Source: Promethearchaeota archaeon (GTDB taxonomy: Archaea > Asgardarchaeota > Lokiarchaeia > Sigyniarchaeales > SOKP01). Taken from it: a DNA stretch of 64,000 bases. Made by a program: the position numbers and the translations under genes. Below, piece after piece: positions 40,681 to 50,469 of the stretch. A model generated the notes under the pieces. It had not been told where the DNA came from and made no database searches. It was given only the letters and a program-made list of their open reading frames with translations. The stretch covers positions 23,085 to 87,084 of the forward strand of contig SHMW01000011.1 in the NCBI GenBank assembly GCA_008080735.1, written 5' to 3'. Numbering within the stretch: position 1 is the first letter of the stretch; every line of letters begins with the position of its first letter.

Positions 40681-42336
40681 ATGAAACTGAATAAGAAACA
40701 TATAGCGTGCGCAATAATTCTTTTTTCAATATTTACAGGATTTTTGTTATGCCAACCTAATACAATCGATAAATCATCATATCACTCTGAAAAAATTAAA
40801 ATCTCTCAGAAGACCACAATCAGTGCTGAAAATATTTATGTGAATGATACGGTTGTAACCGCACTTTTTGATCAGGTTTTTATTGAAATCAATACAACAG
40901 AATTATCATATGCCAATTATTCTAAAGTAAAATTTCAGTATCCAGGAGGGTCAAGTGATGTCTTTGATATGGAACATAAAACAGGTGAAAACTTTACATA
41001 CACCTATACTCCCCCCTATTATGTTCCAAACGGGACAACGATGATTACTTTTCAAGTATATAATGAATCGGGTGTCTTAATAAATACGGACCCAGTTCAA
41101 ACCGAATTATTCATCTATTCAAATTATTATGCGGCAGATTTTCCTCCCAATTATGATAATGAAGGATACTTAAATGAAACGCTTAATGTGAAAATCCTCA
41201 TCGATAATATATCTGCCTACGAACCACAGAGAAATTTTAGCTACCAAGTCTCAATCGTGAATAGCACCGATCCGAGTTTACAAACCACAATTAAATATAT
41301 TCCAGGAGACGATATTGAGGGATTCAGCTTGTTTCTTAATGAATCTTTGTTTACCCAAGTAAACAAACATTATTATGTAAAAGTTAATCTTACGGACGAG
41401 GGTAGCGGAAGAACTGAACCGACCTATTTCCGATTTAAAGTGTTGAATTATAATCCTGAAATTCTCGAAAGCACATTATCCATACCTGATGAGATCTACA
41501 GAACTATAGATTTCGATATTTCGATTAATGTTTCCGATATTGAATCGGCAATTCAAGATATAAATGTTTCTGCCCAATTAACAACTCCTTTAGGACAAAA
41601 GCTTGGGCAAGTAGAGGAATCGGAAAATCCAGATAATAATTTTACATTGACATTAAATGTTGCTAAAAATAGACCTATTGGGCAATATCTTCTAAATATA
41701 ACGGCAATTGACCCTGATGGAGGGCTGAGTTCGTTTATCCATTACATCACTATCCTTAATTTAAGTCCTGAGATTAAAAATTTTTGGATTAACGGATTAA
41801 GCCCAGCTCAGCAAATATCGATATTCTATGGGGACGACATTACGTTTACTTTTGACGTATCTGATGAAGATAGTGATATTGAGTATGTTACTGTCTCACT
41901 CTTAAACGAAAATGACGAATGGTTTAATACCACTAAACTTTACACTCCCGCAAATTTCGAAATTGCAATCCGCTCCATTGATTTGGTGAGAGGAACCTGG
42001 AATGTATATATTTCCGTCACGGATTCAGATGATTCCACTACTTCCCTCACTTCTGATATTGGACAAGCACCCAAACAAATAAGAATAGTACCAGATGCCT
42101 TAGGATTAATAATGCCCTGGATAACATTAATAGTTGGCTTAATTATCGGACTTTTAATGGGTATCGCGCTGGCATATAAACTCATTAAACGAAAACCAAG
42201 CACCCAACCTGCCAAACAAAAACCATCGAAAAAAGCTCCATCCAAGCCACAAGAAAAAGCACCGACCCAACCTGAAGAAAAACCCAAAGAAAAAATGGAA
42301 AAACCGACGCAAAAAAAAATCAAGAGAAGATTGTAA
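40681..42336 (+). CDS. membrane-anchored extracellular Ig-like repeat protein
   Basis: Signal peptide, N..P.I...DxD beta-rich repeats, C-terminal TM and K/P/E-rich tail. Confidence 0.75.
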   Translation: MKLNKKHIACAIILFSIFTGFLLCQPNTIDKSSYHSEKIKISQKTTISAENIYVNDTVVTALFDQVFIEINTTELSYANYSKVKFQYPGGSSDVFDMEHKTGENFTYTYTPPYYVPNGTTMITFQVYNESGVLINTDPVQTELFIYSNYYAADFPPNYDNEGYLNETLNVKILIDNISAYEPQRNFSYQVSIVNSTDPSLQTTIKYIPGDDIEGFSLFLNESLFTQVNKHYYVKVNLTDEGSGRTEPTYFRFKVLNYNPEILESTLSIPDEIYRTIDFDISINVSDIESAIQDINVSAQLTTPLGQKLGQVEESENPDNNFTLTLNVAKNRPIGQYLLNITAIDPDGGLSSFIHYITILNLSPEIKNFWINGLSPAQQISIFYGDDITFTFDVSDEDSDIEYVTVSLLNENDEWFNTTKLYTPANFEIAIRSIDLVRGTWNVYISVTDSDDSTTSLTSDIGQAPKQIRIVPDALGLIMPWITLIVGLIIGLLMGIALAYKLIKRKPSTQPAKQKPSKKAPSKPQEKAPTQPEEKPKEKMEKPTQKKIKRRL

Positions 42337-42399
42337 GGAATAGTAAAGGAAATAAAAAATATTTAAATTATTTCTATTTGAACTTATTTTTTAAGCATA

Positions 42400-43311
42400 T
42401 TAGCCCATTACATCATGTAGTCTATATTGGAATTTGCCTAATTTACCCCCGTAATTGCCTGCAGAGATTCTCATAACTCCGGGTACTTTCACGGCTGCCT
42501 CAATACCCAATTTCATTGCGGTTTTGATCGCGGATTCAGTAGCACCATTTATTATAACCTCATATACGCAATTTTCTCCCTCTTTCAGCTCCGAATTGTC
42601 TATTTTGTCCTTAAGAGTTGGGCATAAAGGATCATTGGTGGATGCACCCAGAAAGTCATATTTTGAGCCAACTTTGGAACCAGAACGAGCCACGCCTCCA
42701 GGAAATGGGGCGATTACGTTCGGCACGTCTTTCATTGCTTTAACAGCCTTTTCTGCTGCAGCTAAAGTGGAACTCTGATCTTCCCCCATTATGAGAAAAT
42801 TTCCCCCAGCAATACCTTTTCCTGCTTTAAATAAACTCTGAACAATGAATTCTCCGTCCATCACAGGAATTTTCCAAGCTTCAAAATCAAACTTTCCTTC
42901 TACTTTCTCTTCAAATTTATCTCCAAAAAATTTTAACTTAAAGCCAGTCTTGACTTCAAACTCCTTTTCTGGATCTAATGATTCTTCCATTCCATCAAAA
43001 CACGCAGTCGTAGGACAAGTTAAAATACATTGACCGATGCGCCCTAACAATACCGAATCCACTTTCTTTTTATCATTGATAAAAAACATCAATGCGGCGC
43101 CAGGACGATTATCTGGGGTATCTTCGGGCGAAATATACACATCAAGTGCGGCCTCAGAATCACAATGAATCGTTGAAGTTCCATAACCAGTCGCTTCTCG
43201 AGCACAAATGTCTAACCACGTTTTATTGGCAGCAGTAACGATTACTCGGGCGAAATATCCGCCGAATGCTTCACAATAAGTATCTTCTATTTCTATGCCA
43301 TTTATCTCCAT
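42400..43311 (-). CDS. ftr: formylmethanofuran--H4MPT formyltransferase
   Basis: MEINGIEIEDTYCEAF, RIGQCILTCPTTA, GIAGGN, SGSKVGSKY and ISAGNYGGKLG motifs. Confidence 0.96.
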   Translation of the reverse strand: MEINGIEIEDTYCEAFGGYFARVIVTAANKTWLDICAREATGYGTSTIHCDSEAALDVYISPEDTPDNRPGAALMFFINDKKKVDSVLLGRIGQCILTCPTTACFDGMEESLDPEKEFEVKTGFKLKFFGDKFEEKVEGKFDFEAWKIPVMDGEFIVQSLFKAGKGIAGGNFLIMGEDQSSTLAAAEKAVKAMKDVPNVIAPFPGGVARSGSKVGSKYDFLGASTNDPLCPTLKDKIDNSELKEGENCVYEVIINGATESAIKTAMKLGIEAAVKVPGVMRISAGNYGGKLGKFQYRLHDVMG

Positions 43312-43458
43312 TTCATATCATCTCTATTCTTTTTTATAAAAAAGGATTACTATTTAATAAAACTTTGAAAAATTTAAATATAAAGTCTAAAAATATTCTT
43401 TAATAATATAAAATTATTATATTCTAATTTATCACCCAAAATTGATAAGGTATTAAAA

Positions 43459-44295
43459 ATGAGTGAAAATGTTTTAAACATTGGAGTGCTTAAAAATGGG
43501 ACTATTGGCTCCTCTGTTCTGTTATCTTTCCTTATAGACGAACGTGCGGAAGGAGAACGTGTTATCTTTCGAGAAGTAACCTCTGGACCGAAGATGCATC
43601 CACCAGAAGAATGCGTTGAAACAATGAAAAAGTTATTGGAATTCCAACCTGATTTAATCCTAATGTCTTCTCCTAATGCCGCATTAAAAGGACCAAAAGC
43701 AGCTCGTGAATTAGTTGGAGACATACCTGCCATTATAATTTCTGATGCTCCTGCCAAAAAGGCAATCGAGGAATTCAAAGAGAAAGGATTAGGATACATT
43801 ATCGTAGAATGCGACAGCATGATTGGAGCTCGACGACCTTTCTTAGATCCAATCGAAATGAGTGTATTCAATTCAAATTTACTCAAGGTCTTAGCAGTCA
43901 CCGGTGTATTCAATATCATCGTTGATGAATTGAACACCGTGATTATGGATATGTTAGAAGGGAAAACTCCAACGCTTCCTCAAATCGAAGTGGATGCAAC
44001 AACTGCTGTAGAAGCCGCGCGCTTTGCGAATCCATATGCCGAAGCGAAAGCTATCGCCGCATTTGAAATCGCATCAAAAGTATCCAAAATCACAGGAAAA
44101 GCATGTTTTGTCTTAAAAGAAAGAGAAGACTATATGCCATTACTTGCGGCGGCCCATGAGATGATGAAAACAGCGGCGGATATGTGTCAAGTTGCCCGAG
44201 AAATAGAAAAATCTAATGATACGGTTATCAGGCGACCTCACCGATCTTCGCAAGAACTTTTGGAAAAACGGGCCTTACACGAGAAAGAAAAATAG
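43459..44295 (+). CDS. mtd: F420-dependent methylene-H4MPT dehydrogenase
   Basis: G.IG.S..DERA, SGPKM.PE, SPNAAL.GP.AR, DSMIGARR.FLDP.EM, F.NPYA.AKA and R.PH motifs. Confidence 0.94.
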   Translation: MSENVLNIGVLKNGTIGSSVLLSFLIDERAEGERVIFREVTSGPKMHPPEECVETMKKLLEFQPDLILMSSPNAALKGPKAARELVGDIPAIIISDAPAKKAIEEFKEKGLGYIIVECDSMIGARRPFLDPIEMSVFNSNLLKVLAVTGVFNIIVDELNTVIMDMLEGKTPTLPQIEVDATTAVEAARFANPYAEAKAIAAFEIASKVSKITGKACFVLKEREDYMPLLAAAHEMMKTAADMCQVAREIEKSNDTVIRRPHRSSQELLEKRALHEKEK

Positions 44296-44432
44296 CTAAT
44301 TAAAATTTTAATATTAAATTTCTCTCCTATTTCTTTTACATTTTTTCTTATAGCGATACAAAAATGTTTTACGTCTGGAAATTATATTCAATATATAGCA
44401 ATTTTAGGAATGGAAAAACCATTAAAACGAAC

Positions 44433-45392
44433 TTATAAATTTTCGTTGTTCTTAAAATAGGATTTTAGATCTTCAAATTTTTCGCCTGATATGGTTTTCA
44501 TCACATCAAAAAATACATTCTCATCCTTATTTTTGGTGACTGCCATCAAAATCGCTTCATTTGCGACTTCCCTAATTAAAATATGAGCTGAGTCGCTCTC
44601 ATAAATAATAGTCGATAAATCGAGTGGGGAAATACTCGGTTTATTCATCAATTTCATAATCTTTTTATAAATTTGGTACATATTGGAGTCTAAAGTTCCA
44701 ATCTCAAACTTCATAAATTCTAATGGTTTTGATTCAAATTTCCCTAATGTTGAAGCAATCAAGAGTCCGTCTGGACGATTGAACAATAAGTATTCGGATA
44801 ATGTATCGATCTTGAATTGGTCTAATAAATGTCGAATCTTTCCTAAACGTTGCAAACTTAAGGTGGATTTCTGTATCTCATAATCTAAAATTTCTATGAG
44901 GCGATGTTGGGCAGTTCCTTCCTTAACTGAAACGGGAGTGAAATGAAGTTTTTCCTTCATATCCTCGTCAAGATTTTCAGAGAGCATTTTATAGAGGGTA
45001 TCCTCCTCTGACTCGGGTAGGTCGATTTTATTGAGCAATACATAAATACGGTCGATATGAGGACTAAATTCAAAAACATTCATCAGATATTTTTCAAATA
45101 CGTCCTTCACTCTCGGATCGCTCACGGTGGCGTCTACCATAAATACGGTAGTTGTAATCTCCGAGAATACGAGTTCCCGTTGCTTTTCAGAAAAATATCT
45201 CTTCATATAGACTTCTTGGCCTCCAGCATCCCACACATTGAGCTCCATGATCCCCCGAAATATGAAATTCTCTCTTGAGATGCCTTTAGTAGGTTTTAAG
45301 TTCACCACTTTCATAAAATTATAGCCTAAACACGTTGTGCGAAGCAAACTTGTCTTGCCACTTCCCGCAGGTCCGAATATAAGTGTTTTCAT
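44433..45392 (-). CDS. Rag/Gtr1-like small GTPase with C-terminal roadblock-like domain
   Basis: GPAGSGKTS, PT.G, WDAGGQ..YM..YF..QRE.VF and NKID motifs; C-terminal DGLLIAS roadblock-like segment. Confidence 0.85.
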   Translation of the reverse strand: MKTLIFGPAGSGKTSLLRTTCLGYNFMKVVNLKPTKGISRENFIFRGIMELNVWDAGGQEVYMKRYFSEKQRELVFSEITTTVFMVDATVSDPRVKDVFEKYLMNVFEFSPHIDRIYVLLNKIDLPESEEDTLYKMLSENLDEDMKEKLHFTPVSVKEGTAQHRLIEILDYEIQKSTLSLQRLGKIRHLLDQFKIDTLSEYLLFNRPDGLLIASTLGKFESKPLEFMKFEIGTLDSNMYQIYKKIMKLMNKPSISPLDLSTIIYESDSAHILIREVANEAILMAVTKNKDENVFFDVMKTISGEKFEDLKSYFKNNENL

Positions 45393-45772
45393 ACGTATTT
45401 CTCACCGAATTTTTACTAATACTAGTATGATGTTTTTTGTTTATAAATTTAATAATTCAATCGGTATTTAATTTTTTAGATTTCCCAAAAAAAATTGAGT
45501 TAATAAGCTGATATGAGATTTCTTATTCTCTAAAAAAAAAGAGGCAAGAGTTAATATAGGAATATCATTTGAATCAAAAAATCCAAAAATTACTTTCTTG
45601 AATCGGTGAAAATTTTTTAAATAGAAAAAGGGATTCAAGTTTTTTGCTATATTTTTAGGTTCGAAAGGGAATTTTGTTTCAGTTAGGAAGATGAGTAATG
45701 GTTAAATAATTCCAATAATTAAAAAAATACAAAAAATTACTAAAGGTAATTACAGCATTAGTTGTTGAAATT

Positions 45773-46303
45773 ATGGTAAAGCTTATTGATTTTATAAGAA
45801 ATGTGCCCGATTGGCCTGTTGCTGGTGTCCAATTCAAAGACATCACCACTCTGTGTTTGGAACCGCTTCCGTTTAAAGATTCTATAGATCGAATCGTCAA
45901 TCATTACAAGGATAAAGGAATTGATAAAGTAGCCGCAATCGAAGCTCGCGGTTATGTTTTTGGTGGAGCAATAGCCTATCTTCTTGATGCGGGTTTCATT
46001 TTAATTCGAAAAGAAGGAAAACTTCCCGCGGATTGTCATCAAGAAACCTATGAACTGGAATATGGGACAGATACGATCGAAATGCATAAAGATGCGATAA
46101 ACGAAGGAGATAATGTGTTATTATTCGATGATTTACTTGCAACTGGAGGAACCGCAGCTGCAGCAGCACGATTAGTAAAAAAGGCAGGTGGGAAGGTCGC
46201 CGGTATTTCTTTCATTATTGAATTGACTGGCAGTTTACACGGCAGAGACTTACTTACCGAGTACGATCTACTTTCCTTAGTAGAGATTCCTGTCGAAGAA
46301 TAA
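45773..46303 (+). CDS. apt: adenine phosphoribosyltransferase
   Basis: PDWP..GV.FKDIT, IEARG, RKEGKLP, LEYG and DDLLATGGT motifs. Confidence 0.96.
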   Translation: MVKLIDFIRNVPDWPVAGVQFKDITTLCLEPLPFKDSIDRIVNHYKDKGIDKVAAIEARGYVFGGAIAYLLDAGFILIRKEGKLPADCHQETYELEYGTDTIEMHKDAINEGDNVLLFDDLLATGGTAAAAARLVKKAGGKVAGISFIIELTGSLHGRDLLTEYDLLSLVEIPVEE

Positions 46304-46372
46304 TGATAAAAAAAAATTTTGTAAATAAATACGAAGAAAATTAAAAAAAATTTATTTTATTTTTTATCCTTT

Positions 46373-47245
46373 TTAAAGAATCGCACCTTGTAAAGACTGG
46401 TGGCATGGGCAATCTCGTTCTGTGTCTATCTTGGGAATTGTTAATTCTAACATCTGCTTAAGAAATTCTGCATTTTGAGCCATAGTTTCAAGTATTTCTT
46501 CCACATCAACAGCAAGAGCCTGGACTGGACCTCCGCATTTCTCGCACTTATCACCAAATTCTACTACGCCACAGTTCTCGCATTCTCCTGCCCATACGTC
46601 TAAATCAGTTACGGTCGCAATACAACAATAACATAACTCTTTTTCGGCAGCAAGGACAACCTCGGGATAGGTGGTCATTCCGATTATATCTCCTCCCCAC
46701 TGGCGAAACATAATTGATTCTGCACGCGTGGAAAAACGAGGGCCTTCTATACACACATACGTTCCACCTTTTTGAATATTAAGTCCTCCAATGCCTTGAG
46801 CGGTTTCATAAAACAAATTATTTAAATATGAACAATAGGGATCAGGCTGCCCAATGTGACATACTTGTCCTCCTTCATAGAAGGTGTCAAGACGTTTTTT
46901 AGTTCTGTCAATATATTGATCAACGAGGACAAATTTTCCTTTTTCATGTTCTTTACGTAATGATCCTACCGCAGAGGGAGAAATAATAATTTTTACCCCC
47001 AATGATTCCAACGCCCAAATATTCGCTCTAAAATTTAATTTGTGAGGTGGTATGGTATGTCCTGTTCCATGGCGAGATAAAAAGGCTACTTTTTTGCCTT
47101 TAAAATTGCCAAGTTTGATCGCATCCGAAGTGGGACCATAAGGTGTATACACTTTTATCTCTTCTACATCTTCTAATTCAAGATCAGAGCCAGTCCCGCC
47201 AATTATGCCGATACTTGCTGTATCATTTTGTTTGCTTGGTCTCAT
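46373..47245 (-). CDS. mtnP: S-methyl-5'-thioadenosine phosphorylase with a zinc-ribbon insertion
   Basis: IGIIGGTG, TPYG, RHG..H.IPPH, EGPRFSTRAES, GMT..PE and TDLD motifs. Confidence 0.92.
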   Translation of the reverse strand: MRPSKQNDTASIGIIGGTGSDLELEDVEEIKVYTPYGPTSDAIKLGNFKGKKVAFLSRHGTGHTIPPHKLNFRANIWALESLGVKIIISPSAVGSLRKEHEKGKFVLVDQYIDRTKKRLDTFYEGGQVCHIGQPDPYCSYLNNLFYETAQGIGGLNIQKGGTYVCIEGPRFSTRAESIMFRQWGGDIIGMTTYPEVVLAAEKELCYCCIATVTDLDVWAGECENCGVVEFGDKCEKCGGPVQALAVDVEEILETMAQNAEFLKQMLELTIPKIDTERDCPCHQSLQGAIL

Positions 47246-47482
47246 TTTTAAATCATATTTCAGTATGAGTTATATTTCTTTTTTATAGTAAATGTATAAA
47301 AAGTTTTTTGATATTTAAACTAATAAAAATCCATTAAAACTCAATTAAATTAATAATAAATAGAACTTCAAAGATATTGAGAGAATCATAGCTATATGAA
47401 TAAAATATAACCAAAAAAAATATTTTATTTAAAGTATTTTCCCTTTTAGAATTAAATAATAATAACATATGAAAGATAACCA

Positions 47483-48790
47483 ATGGCTAAAATCACATTC
47501 TTAGGAAGCTGTCGTGAAGTCGGAAGATCGGCAATCCAAGTTGAATCTAAAAACGGAGATAAATTTCTATTAGATTATGGTATTAGGTTTCGGGAAGAAG
47601 AAAGATTACCACAAAAATCAGATCTCACGCAATTAAAAGGAGTCGCGTTAACACATTGTCATGTGGATCATTCTGGCGCATTACCATATTTATATTTACA
47701 CGGTAAAAGCCCACCACTTTTTACAAACGGTCTCACATTGGACATAATCGACAATTTAATAAAAGATACGCTGAAAATCTCGAAATATCCCTATCCGTTT
47801 GGATTGAAAGAGATTGATAATATGAAACGGAATGCATATCTATTACCGATACGAGCCCGAAAGAAAGTCTCCGATAATTTTTATATAACATTTTACGATG
47901 CGGGTCATGTCCCTGGAAGCGTTTCTATATTATTAGAAGTGGATGGAAAAAAAATCCTCTACACTGGAGATTTTAACACCAAAAAAACCAATCTTGTAGA
48001 TTCAGCAAATCCACTGGATATTCCCGATATCGATGCCGTGATTGTCGAGTCTACTTATGCTTTACGAGAACATCCTCCAAGAGATCAATTGGAACAACGA
48101 TTTGTAGAAGATGTAATTGAGATTACTCAGAACGGGGGAACGGTGTTAGTACCAGCTTTTGCTGTCGCCCGCTCCCAAGAGGCGATTATGATCTTAAATA
48201 GACATCGATATAGAGAAAAAGTGTTCCTTGATGGAATGGGAAAACTAATAGCAAAGATTTATTTTGATTATCCGGAAGCATTAAAAAATCGGCATTTTTA
48301 TCGAAAAGCATTACGAAATGTGGATTTTGTTAGTAGGCGGAAAAAACGCTCTGTTGCCCGAAAATCAACAGGTGTCATCGTAACAACTTCTGGGATGTTG
48401 AAAGGCGGTGCCGCATTAGAATATATTGAGACAATCTTGAATGATCCGTATTCTGCTATCTATTTGGTTGGATATCAAGTTGAAGGTACTCCGGGAAGAG
48501 ATTTATTAGATACCGGCGTGTTTAGATTTCGAGAAAATGATAGACAGCGTAAAACTGGTTATGATATTAATATCAAAGCCCAATGTGAAGTCGATTATTA
48601 TGATTTTTCAAGTCATGCTGATGGCAAGGGATTACACACATATATGGATAACTTGACTTTTTCAAATGGGTCAAAAGAAGTGTTTTGCGTACATGGAGAT
48701 AGTGATTCTACCACGAAATTCGCAAGTGAATTAGTAGCAAAAGGATTTAATTCGGTCGCTCCAGAAACTGGAGAAACTTATGTGATATAA
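47483..48790 (+). CDS. MBL-fold beta-CASP ribonuclease (aCPSF-like)
   Basis: EVGRS, THCHVDHSG, AGHVPGS, YTGD, ESTY, SSHAD and VHGD motifs. Confidence 0.92.
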   Translation: MAKITFLGSCREVGRSAIQVESKNGDKFLLDYGIRFREEERLPQKSDLTQLKGVALTHCHVDHSGALPYLYLHGKSPPLFTNGLTLDIIDNLIKDTLKISKYPYPFGLKEIDNMKRNAYLLPIRARKKVSDNFYITFYDAGHVPGSVSILLEVDGKKILYTGDFNTKKTNLVDSANPLDIPDIDAVIVESTYALREHPPRDQLEQRFVEDVIEITQNGGTVLVPAFAVARSQEAIMILNRHRYREKVFLDGMGKLIAKIYFDYPEALKNRHFYRKALRNVDFVSRRKKRSVARKSTGVIVTTSGMLKGGAALEYIETILNDPYSAIYLVGYQVEGTPGRDLLDTGVFRFRENDRQRKTGYDINIKAQCEVDYYDFSSHADGKGLHTYMDNLTFSNGSKEVFCVHGDSDSTTKFASELVAKGFNSVAPETGETYVI

Positions 48791-48795
48791 ATAAA

Positions 48796-50307
48796 CTAGC
48801 TATTCGTTAATTGATCTTCAACTACTTTATCACAATTCTCAAGAAATATATCTATTTTTTGAGTGGGAACTTTCGTGCCAGCAGCAGGGGGATGCCCTCC
48901 ACCAAGAGCTATCAATTCAGATAATTCTAATGCCTTTCTAATCGCTTCGGACAGATTAACTCCTTTTTCGACTATCGATTTATCTGCCCGAGCAGAAACT
49001 TTAAAGATATCTTCATCTTTTCTTTTCGCATATCCAAAGATAGGCTTTTTTTTATTGATTATTTTGCTTTCATCAAATATAAGCATTGAGCATACCGTTC
49101 CAATGATACTTTCTGGAATAACATCTTCACCATAAAAATATTGGATATAATCCATCTCGTAAATCACTTCCTCTTCTTTGATCCAAGTGAGAGCCTTCAC
49201 TAGAGATTTTTTATAATCTTTCAAATTCTTTTTAGCTTGTTTATAAGCCTCCTCTCTGTCTCCCATTGCAATCGCAATGCCTATGGATGCATTATTTGTC
49301 CGTCCGCAAGCATTTAATACATTAGAAAACTCATTTATGTCTTGTAAATCCGAACCTTCATTCTCTCCATTTACCAAATATCTGTTTACTATTAGTTTAT
49401 TGATGATTTCGTAGGGTTCAATATCACGCTTTAGGGATATATATTCTATAATCGCGGAAGTTAATTTTTGTTTTTCTTCTTGGTTTAAGTCCATTAAGGT
49501 TCTAACATTTCCATCGGCATGCTTCATCAATATTCCCAATTGCTTTAAGAACTTTAACGTTTTATTTACATCTCCGCTCAATCCGGGTAAATTTATATCT
49601 GAAGAGTAAGCAATTGCCTCATTTAATGGTTTAATAGGAGAAAAATTAATGTCATCAACAATTTCAATTAGGTTATTCTCTTTTGCCTGTTCTACAATTT
49701 TTGCATTTATCCCCGTAAATGATTTATTCGGTCCTTGATTTTGAACATCTCCATTTGCTCCAATAAGGGCAATAACAGAAAGGTCTGTATTATGTTTGTT
49801 TAGGTGTTTTGCAAAAAGATAACACATTCCGGAGCCAGAAACCTCTACACTACCATCAAATCCATAAAAGTAAGGATTACAATGCCATTTTTTTGTCTCC
49901 ATATATATCCTTTTTATTGTATCGGATTGTTCTTTATCAGAGACACTATAAGGGAGATGATGGTCTAAGATGAGAAATGGGTTATCAATATTATCCTTTA
50001 GGTCTTGATACTGCCCGCTACCAAAATCAGAAAATATGATGAAATTGAGTTTATCTTCACATTGTTTTTTAATTTTTATTATTTCTTCTCGTTCTAACTG
50101 TTTCAATATGGTGATTTGAAAGGGCAAATCCTCCCGATATAGTGCTTTTCCCAATATTGCGCCTGCGGATAGTCCATCAGAATCAAGATGGGTGTATATA
50201 TTCACGGGGCCATTCAATTCTTCAATATTTTGGAGAAAATAGTCTTTTAATGATGCTAAGTCTGTATTTAGTTGGTTATATTTTTCCGTAAAATCGATCA
50301 TTATCAC
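48796..50307 (-). CDS. DHH family phosphoesterase (RecJ/GAN-like)
   Basis: HLDSDG, SDFGSG, LDHH, NACGR and GGGHPPAAG motifs. Confidence 0.92.
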   Translation of the reverse strand: MIMIDFTEKYNQLNTDLASLKDYFLQNIEELNGPVNIYTHLDSDGLSAGAILGKALYREDLPFQITILKQLEREEIIKIKKQCEDKLNFIIFSDFGSGQYQDLKDNIDNPFLILDHHLPYSVSDKEQSDTIKRIYMETKKWHCNPYFYGFDGSVEVSGSGMCYLFAKHLNKHNTDLSVIALIGANGDVQNQGPNKSFTGINAKIVEQAKENNLIEIVDDINFSPIKPLNEAIAYSSDINLPGLSGDVNKTLKFLKQLGILMKHADGNVRTLMDLNQEEKQKLTSAIIEYISLKRDIEPYEIINKLIVNRYLVNGENEGSDLQDINEFSNVLNACGRTNNASIGIAIAMGDREEAYKQAKKNLKDYKKSLVKALTWIKEEEVIYEMDYIQYFYGEDVIPESIIGTVCSMLIFDESKIINKKKPIFGYAKRKDEDIFKVSARADKSIVEKGVNLSEAIRKALELSELIALGGGHPPAAGTKVPTQKIDIFLENCDKVVEDQLTNS

Positions 50308-50469
50308 AATGTACCTTTTTGAAGATTCTTAGTAAATCTTATTATCTTAAGTTTAATAACCCTTCGCGAAATTTTAAAGTCCTAATTATTTTAGATATTG
50401 ATAATTTACCAAGCAAAAAATATAATAAGGATCATATCTAAAAAATTATAAAAAAACAATGTGTGAAAA

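Noticed and set aside
43374-43937. 187-aa antisense ORF, and the many other short antisense or overlapping ORFs in the track (e.g. 24824-25324, 41940-42323)
   Set aside because: They are shadows of well-supported genes on the opposite strand or frame, with no recognisable motifs.
46510-46592. MTAP insertion as an intron (flanks pair as GCAGGAG/CUCUUGC)
   Set aside because: No 4-bp helix with two 3-nt bulges can be built, and the insert encodes a coherent double CxxC motif.
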